This document shows, one piece after another, positions 10,272-16,997 of a stretch of DNA of 64,000 nt. The first letter of the stretch is position 1; every line of letters begins with the position of its first letter. This stretch comes from Escherichia coli (GTDB taxonomy: Bacteria; Pseudomonadota; Gammaproteobacteria; Enterobacterales; Enterobacteriaceae): assembly GCF_002854065.1 (NCBI RefSeq), contig NZ_CP024147.1. One strand, 5' to 3'. The translations under genes and the position numbers were made by a program. Under the pieces are notes generated by a model, which saw nothing but the letters and a program-made list of their open reading frames with translations, was not told the origin of the DNA and ran no database searches.

Positions 10272-10435
10272 TGTTCTGTTCCCGTTGGCATCTTTTTCAA
10301 GGTTACTTGAAAATCCTGAGGAAAGGTAAATACAAAAGCTTATGACCCAATAAGCAGGCTAATCTTCAATCCCATCTTTTGTTTTCATTCATGCAGGGAG
10401 ACAAATATGTGCTTCCAGTATCCTTATTTTTTATG

Positions 10436-10479
10436 TTACCTTTTCCGTTATGTCTAAAATGACATAACGGAAAAGGTAA
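10436..10479. promoter_or_regulatory. Perfect 19+19 bp palindrome (6-bp spacer) overlapping the ribosome-binding site of the TauE-family gene; candidate operator or RBS-sequestering hairpin
   Basis: The sequence is TTACCTTTTCCGTTATGTC-taaaat-GACATAACGGAAAAGGTAA. It ends 4 nt before the ATG at 10484. Confidence 0.6.
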
Positions 10480-10483
10480 ACCC

Positions 10484-11308
10484 ATGTCCTCAGAATCAAA
10501 ACGGAACGGAAAAGGTTTTTTATCAGGCACGTTAATCGGTGCTTTAGGCGGCTTAATTGGCCTCGGTGGCGCTGAGTTCCGCCTTCCCGTCCTGATGGGT
10601 AGTTTCAAAATGCCGACGCTTGAAGCGGTTATTTTTAACAAAGCGATGAGCCTTACTGTTGTCGCTGTTGCTTTGATATTCCGCACAAAATCCATCGCCG
10701 TCGACCAGCTGTTTGCTCATCTTGATATTGTCATCAATTTGCTGGCCGGGAGCCTTATAGGTGCATGGTGGGCAGCAGGAAGAGCCATAAAAATGTCCCG
10801 TATTTGGCTGGACAGAACCATTCTGCTCCTGCTTGTTATCCTGTCATTCGTCATGTTTTCAGAAGCATTGATGCCTCTGCATGATAGCTCCGCTGGATTA
10901 TTCCAGCCCGGAATCGCGACCATTATTGCGGGTGTTATTGCGGGTGTTATTGCGGGTTTCTTCATCGGGAATGTTGCTGCTTTGCTGGGTGTTGCAGGGG
11001 GAGAGCTCCTGATACCAACTATCGTTATCCTTTTTGGGGCTGACATTAAACTGGCTGGCAGTTTGTCACTCATGATCAGTTTACCGACGATGATTGTGGG
11101 GTTCTCTCGCTACACTAATGCAGATGCTTTCCAGATCCTGAGAAAAGAGAAAAAACTTTTTGTGTGGATGGTCATCGGTTCCGTTATAGGTGCCGCTATT
11201 GGGGGCCTTATGCTCGGTATGTTCCCGGTAAGAGTACTTATGACTCTGTTAGGCGCGGTACTTCTTATTTCCGCGATCAAAACCTTTAAGCATACCCGGC
11301 AAAGATAA
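10484..11308 (+). CDS. TauE/SafE (DUF81) family anion-exporter-like membrane protein
   Basis: The 274-aa polytopic protein has internally duplicated G-rich motifs: GALGGLIGLGGAEFRLPVLMG and LLGVAGGELLIPTIV. Confidence 0.7.
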   Translation: MSSESKRNGKGFLSGTLIGALGGLIGLGGAEFRLPVLMGSFKMPTLEAVIFNKAMSLTVVAVALIFRTKSIAVDQLFAHLDIVINLLAGSLIGAWWAAGRAIKMSRIWLDRTILLLLVILSFVMFSEALMPLHDSSAGLFQPGIATIIAGVIAGVIAGFFIGNVAALLGVAGGELLIPTIVILFGADIKLAGSLSLMISLPTMIVGFSRYTNADAFQILRKEKKLFVWMVIGSVIGAAIGGLMLGMFPVRVLMTLLGAVLLISAIKTFKHTRQR

Positions 11309-11370
11309 TAGCCGTTTACGCTTTGGACTATTCCGCATTACAGAGAAAATGATTTCGAAAAGGTATCAGA

Positions 11371-11739
11371 ATGAAAAAGAATCCCCTTAAATCAAACTTA
11401 ATCTTAGTCAGACCGAGGATCTATATTAACGACAACATCTCGCTGGGGCCGGGGAAGGTTGACCTTTTAAGGGCGATTGATGGCTTTCACTCTCTTTCTG
11501 CGGCAGCTAAAGATTTGGGGATACCTTATAAAAAAGCATGGCTCTTAATTGACACTTTGAATAAAGGGATTGGTCAGCCAGTTGTAACCACTTCCACTGG
11601 TGGTAACAAGGGCGGTGGTACAGTTCTGACGCCATTGGGGCGTAGCCTGCTGATCTGGTATGACCAGGCCGAGGCCCACCTCAATGAGCAATCTCAGCAA
11701 CAGTTAATCGAACTTGAAAAGATTCTTTTTGGAAAATGA
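11371..11739 (+). CDS. ModE N-terminal-domain-like wHTH regulator lacking Mop/TOBE ligand domains
   Basis: SLSAAAKDLGIPYKKAWLLIDTLNKGIGQPVVTTSTGGNKGGGTVLTPLGRSLL parallels ModE SISQGAKDAGISYKSAWDAINEMN...ATGGKGGGGAVLTRYGQRL. The protein is only 122 aa. Confidence 0.7.
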   Translation: MKKNPLKSNLILVRPRIYINDNISLGPGKVDLLRAIDGFHSLSAAAKDLGIPYKKAWLLIDTLNKGIGQPVVTTSTGGNKGGGTVLTPLGRSLLIWYDQAEAHLNEQSQQQLIELEKILFGK

Positions 11740-11784
11740 CAGAGACCTTTGTTATCCATCGGGAAAATAGAGTGACAGCAATGC

Positions 11785-11810
11785 ATGAAGGGGGCTAATG
11801 CCCCCTTCAT
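11785..11810. terminator. Bidirectional hairpin terminator between the modE-like gene and the convergent arsA2
   Basis: ATGAAGGGGGCTAATGCCCCCTTCAT has the same AAGGGGGC-NAAT-GCCCCCTT core as the hairpin at 9704. Confidence 0.65.
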
Positions 11811-11812
11811 TA

Positions 11813-13570
11813 TTACTTCGCCATTTCTTCCAGCAGGTCAATACCAACCGGCTCTTCGCTCTGTAGCGCTGTTAATGCAATACGCTTTGCATACTGCTCT
11901 TCCACATCAGAGATGAGAGGCAGCTCGCGGTTAGCTCTGGTCTTCAGGAAAGGTGAAGACGGCTCAGCAGCTGCCAGGCTGTTATTCACAACCCATGCCC
12001 ACGGCTCAATGCCAGCCCGACGCAGATCCTGCTGCAGGTTAGCGGCTTCCAGTACAGGTGTCGTTTCGGCAAGCGTCACGATAATCACCTTCGTCTTCTC
12101 CGGGTCCTGCAATTGCATCATTGGCGTCATCACATGGTCATGTGTTTGCCCCATCTGGCGCACCATTTCCCGGTGATAGGCTCCAGTCGCATCCAGTAGC
12201 AGAAGTGTGTGACCCGTTGGCGCGGTGTCCATAATGACAAAATGATCGTCTGCCTCTTTGATTATCCGCGAGAATGCCTGGAAGACGGCGATCTCTTCAG
12301 TACATGGTGAGCGGAGATCTTCTTCCAGCACCGCCAGCCCCTCAGCGTCTAATCCTTTGCCCTGATTCTCCAGTACAAAACGGCGATAACGCTCTGTCTC
12401 CACCTTCGGATCGATACGGCTGACCTGCAGATTTGGCAGCGAGCCATCCAGCGTGTAAGACAGATGTGCTGCCGGATCGGACGTGGTCAGATGGACTTTA
12501 TGACCGCGTTTTGCCAGCGATACCGCGACCGATGCTGCAACAGTCGTTTTGCCCACGCCGCCTTTCCCCATCGTCATTACCAGCCCTTTGCCTGTCAGAC
12601 TGAGTTCATCCACTAACGAGGAAAGTTTCGGTAAATCCAGAGCATTTAGCGTTGTATTGGAGAGAGACAGTGGCGCTTTGCTCTCTGTTAATAACTCTCG
12701 CAGGGCTTCCAGACCGACCAGATTAAATGGCTTCAGAGACAGCTGCGAGCGGGGAAGATTAACCAGATTATCAGGCATTGCCTGTAATGCTTTTTCTTCC
12801 CGAGCCAGAATACTTTGCGCCAGTGGATCATTTTCACCGGCAAACGGTGGCAGCACACCATTAATGGCAAGGTGTTGATGCTGCAAACCAATAGCAGAAA
12901 GCTCATCGTGCGTATGAGAAACCTCTTTCAGCGTTGAAGCCTGAGCTCGGGCAACCAGCACTAAGCGTGTGAGAGCTGCGTCGGACAGCGCTTTAACCGC
13001 ATCGGAGTACTGGTGCTGTTGTTTCTCAAGCCCTACCAGAGGTCCAAGGTTTGCAGCGGCATCAGGGTTCGCTTCGAGATAACCGCTCCAGGCTCCCGGC
13101 AATTCAAGCATGCGGATGGTGTGACCGGTTGGCGCGGTATCAAATACGATATGGTCATATTTTCCCCGCAGCTCATGATTGGTCAGCAGACCAGTAAACT
13201 CATCAAACGCAGCGATTTCCGTGGTGCATGAGCCGGAAAGCTGCTCTTCAATGCTGCTGACCACATCGGCTGGCATCAGCCCGCGAACAGGGTCGAGCAC
13301 ACGGTCACGATAGGCTTGCGCTGCAGCCATCGGATCAACTTCCATCGCGGCAAGATTTTCTACAGTACTGATATCTGTGATTCGGTGGCCGATAGTCTGG
13401 CTAAATACCTGGCCGACATTGGAAGCCGGATCGGTACTCACCAGAAGCGTTCTCTTACCCTGATCGGCCAGCCATACTGCAGTAGCACAGGCCAGGGATG
13501 TCTTACCCACTCCACCTTTACCAGTGAAGAAGATGAACGGGGGAATGTCTTTTAAAAATGGCATATTCAT
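11813..13570 (-). CDS. arsA: ArsA-family ATPase, second divergent copy lacking the Cys172 equivalent
   Basis: The protein has two GKGGVGKT / DTAPTGHT halves. SGSCTTE and RSPCTEE are present, but ANPDAAANLGP aligns with [11 protein letters not shown] of copy 1. GAGGAG precedes the ATG at 13570 (MNMPFLKD...). Confidence 0.9.
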   Translation of the reverse strand: MNMPFLKDIPPFIFFTGKGGVGKTSLACATAVWLADQGKRTLLVSTDPASNVGQVFSQTIGHRITDISTVENLAAMEVDPMAAAQAYRDRVLDPVRGLMPADVVSSIEEQLSGSCTTEIAAFDEFTGLLTNHELRGKYDHIVFDTAPTGHTIRMLELPGAWSGYLEANPDAAANLGPLVGLEKQQHQYSDAVKALSDAALTRLVLVARAQASTLKEVSHTHDELSAIGLQHQHLAINGVLPPFAGENDPLAQSILAREEKALQAMPDNLVNLPRSQLSLKPFNLVGLEALRELLTESKAPLSLSNTTLNALDLPKLSSLVDELSLTGKGLVMTMGKGGVGKTTVAASVAVSLAKRGHKVHLTTSDPAAHLSYTLDGSLPNLQVSRIDPKVETERYRRFVLENQGKGLDAEGLAVLEEDLRSPCTEEIAVFQAFSRIIKEADDHFVIMDTAPTGHTLLLLDATGAYHREMVRQMGQTHDHVMTPMMQLQDPEKTKVIIVTLAETTPVLEAANLQQDLRRAGIEPWAWVVNNSLAAAEPSSPFLKTRANRELPLISDVEEQYAKRIALTALQSEEPVGIDLLEEMAK

Positions 13571-13590
13571 CAGTGATAGCTCCTCTGGAA

Positions 13591-13953
13591 TTAAGGCATA
13601 CGTGGAATGCTGCAGCAACGCGGTTGCGTACTGTCTTCACTCCAGTCCTGAGTTAGCGGAATATCTGCCCAACGGGCGATATCTTCACGAGTCGGCAGTT
13701 TGCCTGCCATCACCAGCTTGCCGTCGAGCAAGGTGACAGGGAGGGATTCCATCCCTGATGTGTTCATAAACTCTTTGATTACAGGGGTATTCAGGAACTG
13801 CTGCGGGTTTTTCGCAAGGCTGTAGCGCTGAATATCAACGCCATTCTTTTTCGCCCATTCGGCGCTGGCATTCCATTTGACGGCTTCGTCGCTCACCACA
13901 ACGCTGCTGGTTGCGCAGCAGCCTGCTGCTTCAAAGATCTCAATTTTTGACAT
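13591..13953 (-). CDS. arsD: ArsD-family metallochaperone, second divergent copy (Cys12-Cys13 kept, residue 18 is Val)
   Basis: The 120-aa protein begins MSKIEIFEAAGCCATSSVVV. Its thioredoxin-like core aligns to ArsD (LPVTLLDGKLVMAGKLPTREDIARW). The C-terminus is PRCCSIP. Confidence 0.8.
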   Translation of the reverse strand: MSKIEIFEAAGCCATSSVVVSDEAVKWNASAEWAKKNGVDIQRYSLAKNPQQFLNTPVIKEFMNTSGMESLPVTLLDGKLVMAGKLPTREDIARWADIPLTQDWSEDSTQPRCCSIPRMP

Positions 13954-13958
13954 GGATT

Positions 13959-14002
13959 GTTTACCTCAGTGTTTAGTCATTTGGCTTTACACTGAGGTAA
14001 AC
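13959..14002 (-). promoter_or_regulatory. 13-bp perfect stem-loop in the sigma-arsD2 spacer whose 3' arm contains the arsD2 Shine-Dalgarno
   Basis: On the mRNA strand the sequence is GTTTACCTCAGTG-(18 nt)-CACTGAGGTAAAC, followed by AATCC-ATG. No U-run follows. Confidence 0.5.
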
Positions 14003-14028
14003 GAAGGTGGTGGGAAAAAGATGCGCGA

Positions 14029-14574
14029 TTAATTCATTTTTTTGTGGCAGCAGACAAAAGATGTGTCATCCGCCTCAATCTGGCAGAGTTCTGTCATCGT
14101 CTCTTTCAGGTGTTTTCTGGCCCGAAGTAGTCGGGATTTAAACGCTGTAAGCGTGATTCCCCATTCATCGGCCAGGGACTGCTGGGGACGCCGGTTAAGG
14201 TCGGACTCTTCAATCAACCACCGCTCATCTTCGGGTAAAGCCTGTAATGTTTCAGGCAGGCAAATATCCAGTGTTGAGATTGCATCAAGGGATGCGTCTG
14301 TTAATAGGGCATCTTCTTCCAGCTCAACAAACGCCCTGGTGGTTCGGTACTCATCAATCAGCAGATTCCTTGCTACCCGATACAACCAGGCTCGCGGATT
14401 TTCCATCTCACAAAAAATGTCTGAATGGGCTCGGGCACGCAGGAAAAGGTCTTGCAGAAGGTCTGCTGCTTTTTCGCTATCGCCTGTCTTCGATATCAGA
14501 AAGCGAGAAAATTCGCCTTCATGCTGCCGCCAGAACACGCTCATACAGCTGTTGAATGCTGTTATGTCACTCAT
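14029..14574 (-). CDS. ECF-type sigma-70 family factor with a C-terminal Cys-x10-Cys-Cys extension
   Basis: Region 2 is DLLQDLFLRA...AWLYRVARNLLIDEYR. Region 4 is LPEDERWLIEESDLNRRPQQSLADEWGITLTAFKSRLLRARKHL. The tail is LCQIEADDTSFVCCHKKMN. The likely ATG is at 14574, 8 nt after the arsH stop. Confidence 0.8.
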   Translation of the reverse strand: MSDITAFNSCMSVFWRQHEGEFSRFLISKTGDSEKAADLLQDLFLRARAHSDIFCEMENPRAWLYRVARNLLIDEYRTTRAFVELEEDALLTDASLDAISTLDICLPETLQALPEDERWLIEESDLNRRPQQSLADEWGITLTAFKSRLLRARKHLKETMTELCQIEADDTSFVCCHKKMN

Positions 14575-14582
14575 ACTAACCT

Positions 14583-15293
14583 TCAAATTTTGCTCTGATT
14601 AACCCGTCGGGAAAGTTCTTCTGCAGACTCTTTTCGTTCACTGTAGCGATCGACAAGATAGGCAGAATTTGCCCGGGTCAACAATGTAAACTTCATCAAT
14701 TCTTCCATCACATCCACGATGCGGTCGTAATATGGTGACGGTTTCATACGTCCATCGTCATCAAACTCCTGCCAGGCTTTTGCTACCGAGGACTGGTTCG
14801 GAATAGTGATCATTCTCATCCAACGACCAAGCACGCGCATCTGGTTGACTGTGTTGAATGACTGGGAACCTCCACACACTTGCATAACAGCCAGAGTTTT
14901 TCCCTGAGAAGGACGAACAGCACCTTCAGATAATGGTATCCAGTCAATTTGTGCCTTCATAATACCAGTCATCGCTCCGTGTCGTTCCGGAGAGCACCAC
15001 ACCATTCCTTCAGACCAGCGGACCAGTTCACGCAACTCCATAACTTTTGGATGTGACTCCGGTGCATCATCAGGAAGTGGAAGGCCAGATGGATTAAAAA
15101 TGCGGACTTCTGCGCCCATCGCAGTTAACAACCGACCAGCTTCCTCTGTCGCCAGTCGACTGTATGAGCGCTCACGAACTGAGCCATAAAGCATTAGTAT
15201 ACGAGGGGGGTGAGATATTGTCGGTATCCCCATTTTTTGCTCAGTTATTGCAGCATCAAATAAATCAGGAACTATATTATTTAGCTTATTCAT
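14583..15293 (-). CDS. arsH: ArsH NADPH-dependent FMN reductase / organoarsenical oxidase
   Basis: [18 protein letters not shown]...[23 protein letters not shown] is typical of ArsH. The protein is 236 aa. Confidence 0.9.
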   Translation of the reverse strand: MNKLNNIVPDLFDAAITEQKMGIPTISHPPRILMLYGSVRERSYSRLATEEAGRLLTAMGAEVRIFNPSGLPLPDDAPESHPKVMELRELVRWSEGMVWCSPERHGAMTGIMKAQIDWIPLSEGAVRPSQGKTLAVMQVCGGSQSFNTVNQMRVLGRWMRMITIPNQSSVAKAWQEFDDDGRMKPSPYYDRIVDVMEELMKFTLLTRANSAYLVDRYSERKESAEELSRRVNQSKI

Positions 15294-15391
15294 TTTTTAT
15301 TTTCCCTATAGATTCGGGATCTTAGTAGGATGGATTCAGACGGTTCGATGCAGCTTTCGTCAATCATGACAGTTATGAGTTTTTCGGTTAC

Positions 15392-15715
15392 TTATCCATT
15401 TTTGCCAGCGGGTTCCGTAACATCTGTTTTACTGTTTACACAGCACTCTTCACGTAAGAATTCGATGATAGCTTCCAGTATTTCGTATTGAGAGACGCAC
15501 ATGAGCGTTCGACTCTCCCGGTTTTGTGTGACGAGTCCTACTGATACTAAGGCTGAAATATGATGACTTAACGTTGATGAGGGAATGCCAAGCTGCTTTT
15601 GCAATTCACCTACAGGCAAACCTTGTTCTCCAGCTTTTACAAGATGTTTGAATATGAACAAACGGGTCGGGTGACCCAGCTCTTTTAGTGCTTTAGCTAC
15701 TTCTTCCAATTGCAT
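15392..15715 (-). CDS. arsR: ArsR/SmtB-family repressor, second type (C-terminal vicinal Cys pair, no CVC site)
   Basis: HPTRLFIFKHLVKAGEQGLPVGELQKQLGIPSSTLSHHISALVSVGLV is an ArsR-type wHTH. REECCVNS lies near the C-terminus. The protein is 107 aa. Confidence 0.85.
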   Translation of the reverse strand: MQLEEVAKALKELGHPTRLFIFKHLVKAGEQGLPVGELQKQLGIPSSTLSHHISALVSVGLVTQNRESRTLMCVSQYEILEAIIEFLREECCVNSKTDVTEPAGKNG

Positions 15716-15736
15716 GTGACAACCCTCTGTCTAATG

Positions 15737-15795
15737 ATATTTCGATAATACCAGAAATATCTTGACCAGAATTATATTTCGATTATTCTAGAAAT
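15737..15795. promoter_or_regulatory. Divergent promoter region with two tandem 22-24 bp operator-like repeats, 37 bp apart
   Basis: ATATTTCGATAATACCAGAAAT is at 15737-15758 and ATATTTCGATTATTCTAGAAAT at 15774-15795. Each has the internal dyad ATTTC-N10-GAAAT. TTGACC at 15762-15767 lies between them. Confidence 0.6.
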
Positions 15796-15820
15796 GTAGA
15801 TTTTGTCAAGAGGGTTTAGT

Positions 15821-16954
15821 ATGAATAGTTGGATTTCTATGCTGCAAGATGCCGCAGAGATGTTTTTGTTTTTGGCCGTCGAGCTATCTTTGCTGTTTAT
15901 TGTCATCAGTGCCGGTGTGAGCCTGATAAGGCAAAAGGTCCCGGACCATAAAATCCAGCAATTGTTGGGGGCGAAAAAAGGAAAAGGCTACCTGCTGGCC
16001 TCGTTGTTGGGAGCCGTTACCCCTTTCTGTAGTTGCTCAACAATTCCAATGCTACGAGGGTTGTTGTCGGCGAAAGCAGGGTTTGGTCCGACACTCACTT
16101 TTTTGTTTGTTTCACCGTTGCTTAATCCCATTATCGTGGGGTTAATGTGGGTTACCTTTGGCTGGAAAGTAACTTTGTTGTACGCGATCATCGCTGCCGG
16201 TGTCTCAGTCCTTGCCAGTATCGTATTGGATTTACTAGGATTTGAACGTCATATTGTTGATCACAAAAACTCAGCATCAAGTGGTTGCGCCACCAAATGT
16301 GATGATTCCGAAGCTTCGGTAAAAACGTCGGCGGGTTCCAGTTGTTGCAGCACTAGCTCGACTCAATTGCCTGTAAAAACGAGTTGCTGTACTTCATCAG
16401 CGAACCCCATAATTAACTTAAGGACGGTAAAGAACGAGCAGAACGTATCAACGTGTTGTTCATCAATATCATCTGAACAACCAGCTGTTAGCTGTTGCAG
16501 CAGCGAGAATCTGGGCAATGTGAATCTCACACCGAATACCACCTCTGGCCCAATAAAGTTAGCTATGAAAGATGCCTTACAGCAGTTTAAGGATGTTCTG
16601 CCTTATCTTTTGTTAGGTGTATTAATAGGTTCATTTATTTATGGCTTTATCCCTTCAGAGTGGATTGCAGCTCATGCCGGAGCAGATAATCCCTTAGCCA
16701 TACCGCTGAGTGCAGTTGTTGGTATTCCGTTGTATATACGCGCAGAGGCAGTGATACCACTTGCATCAGTGCTGATGACTAAAGGAATGGGCCTGGGGGC
16801 ATTAATGGCCTTGATAATCGGTAGTGCTGGAGCGAGTTTGACAGAAGTAATACTGCTTAAATCAATGTTCAGAATGCCTATGATAGTCGCTTTTCTGACA
16901 GTTATCTTAGGTATGGCAATTCTAATGGGTTATCTGACTCAATTCTTGTTTTAA
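15821..16954 (+). CDS. ArsP-like (UPF0718/DUF318) permease with a Ser/Cys-rich central loop
   Basis: The motif TPFCSCSTIPML lies in an early TM segment and the protein has multiple TM helices. A ~75-aa loop carries GCATKC plus four (S/T)CC(S/T) pairs. The ATG at 15821 is preceded by AGAGGG; the track start at 15803 is a TTG. Confidence 0.7.
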   Translation: MNSWISMLQDAAEMFLFLAVELSLLFIVISAGVSLIRQKVPDHKIQQLLGAKKGKGYLLASLLGAVTPFCSCSTIPMLRGLLSAKAGFGPTLTFLFVSPLLNPIIVGLMWVTFGWKVTLLYAIIAAGVSVLASIVLDLLGFERHIVDHKNSASSGCATKCDDSEASVKTSAGSSCCSTSSTQLPVKTSCCTSSANPIINLRTVKNEQNVSTCCSSISSEQPAVSCCSSENLGNVNLTPNTTSGPIKLAMKDALQQFKDVLPYLLLGVLIGSFIYGFIPSEWIAAHAGADNPLAIPLSAVVGIPLYIRAEAVIPLASVLMTKGMGLGALMALIIGSAGASLTEVILLKSMFRMPMIVAFLTVILGMAILMGYLTQFLF

Positions 16955-16966
16955 AGCATTACAACA

Positions 16967-16997
16967 AGGGTCTTCTGCCTCAAGATCGAAGACCCTT
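16967..16997 (+). terminator. Hairpin terminator after the ArsP-like gene
   Basis: AAGGGTCTTC-tgcctcaagat-CGAAGACCCTT lies 13 nt after the stop codon. Confidence 0.55.

Noticed and set aside
10366-10695. 109-aa minus-strand ORF spanning the 44-bp palindrome and the start of the TauE-like gene
   Set aside because: It overlaps a convincing membrane-protein frame on the other strand and has a Pro/Arg/Lys-rich composition with no start context.
14042-14602. 186-aa plus-strand ORF antisense to the ECF sigma gene
   Set aside because: The minus-strand frame carries clear sigma-70 region 2 and 4 motifs. The antisense product is Ser/Arg-rich, low-complexity shadow sequence.
16286-16498. Repetitive TGT/TGC-AGC-rich stretch, considered as a DNA tandem repeat or CRISPR-like array
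   Set aside because: The units are irregular in length and sequence at the DNA level and lie in frame within the permease gene. This is coding low complexity, not a repeat array. No CRISPR array, tRNA or rRNA gene was seen anywhere in the window.
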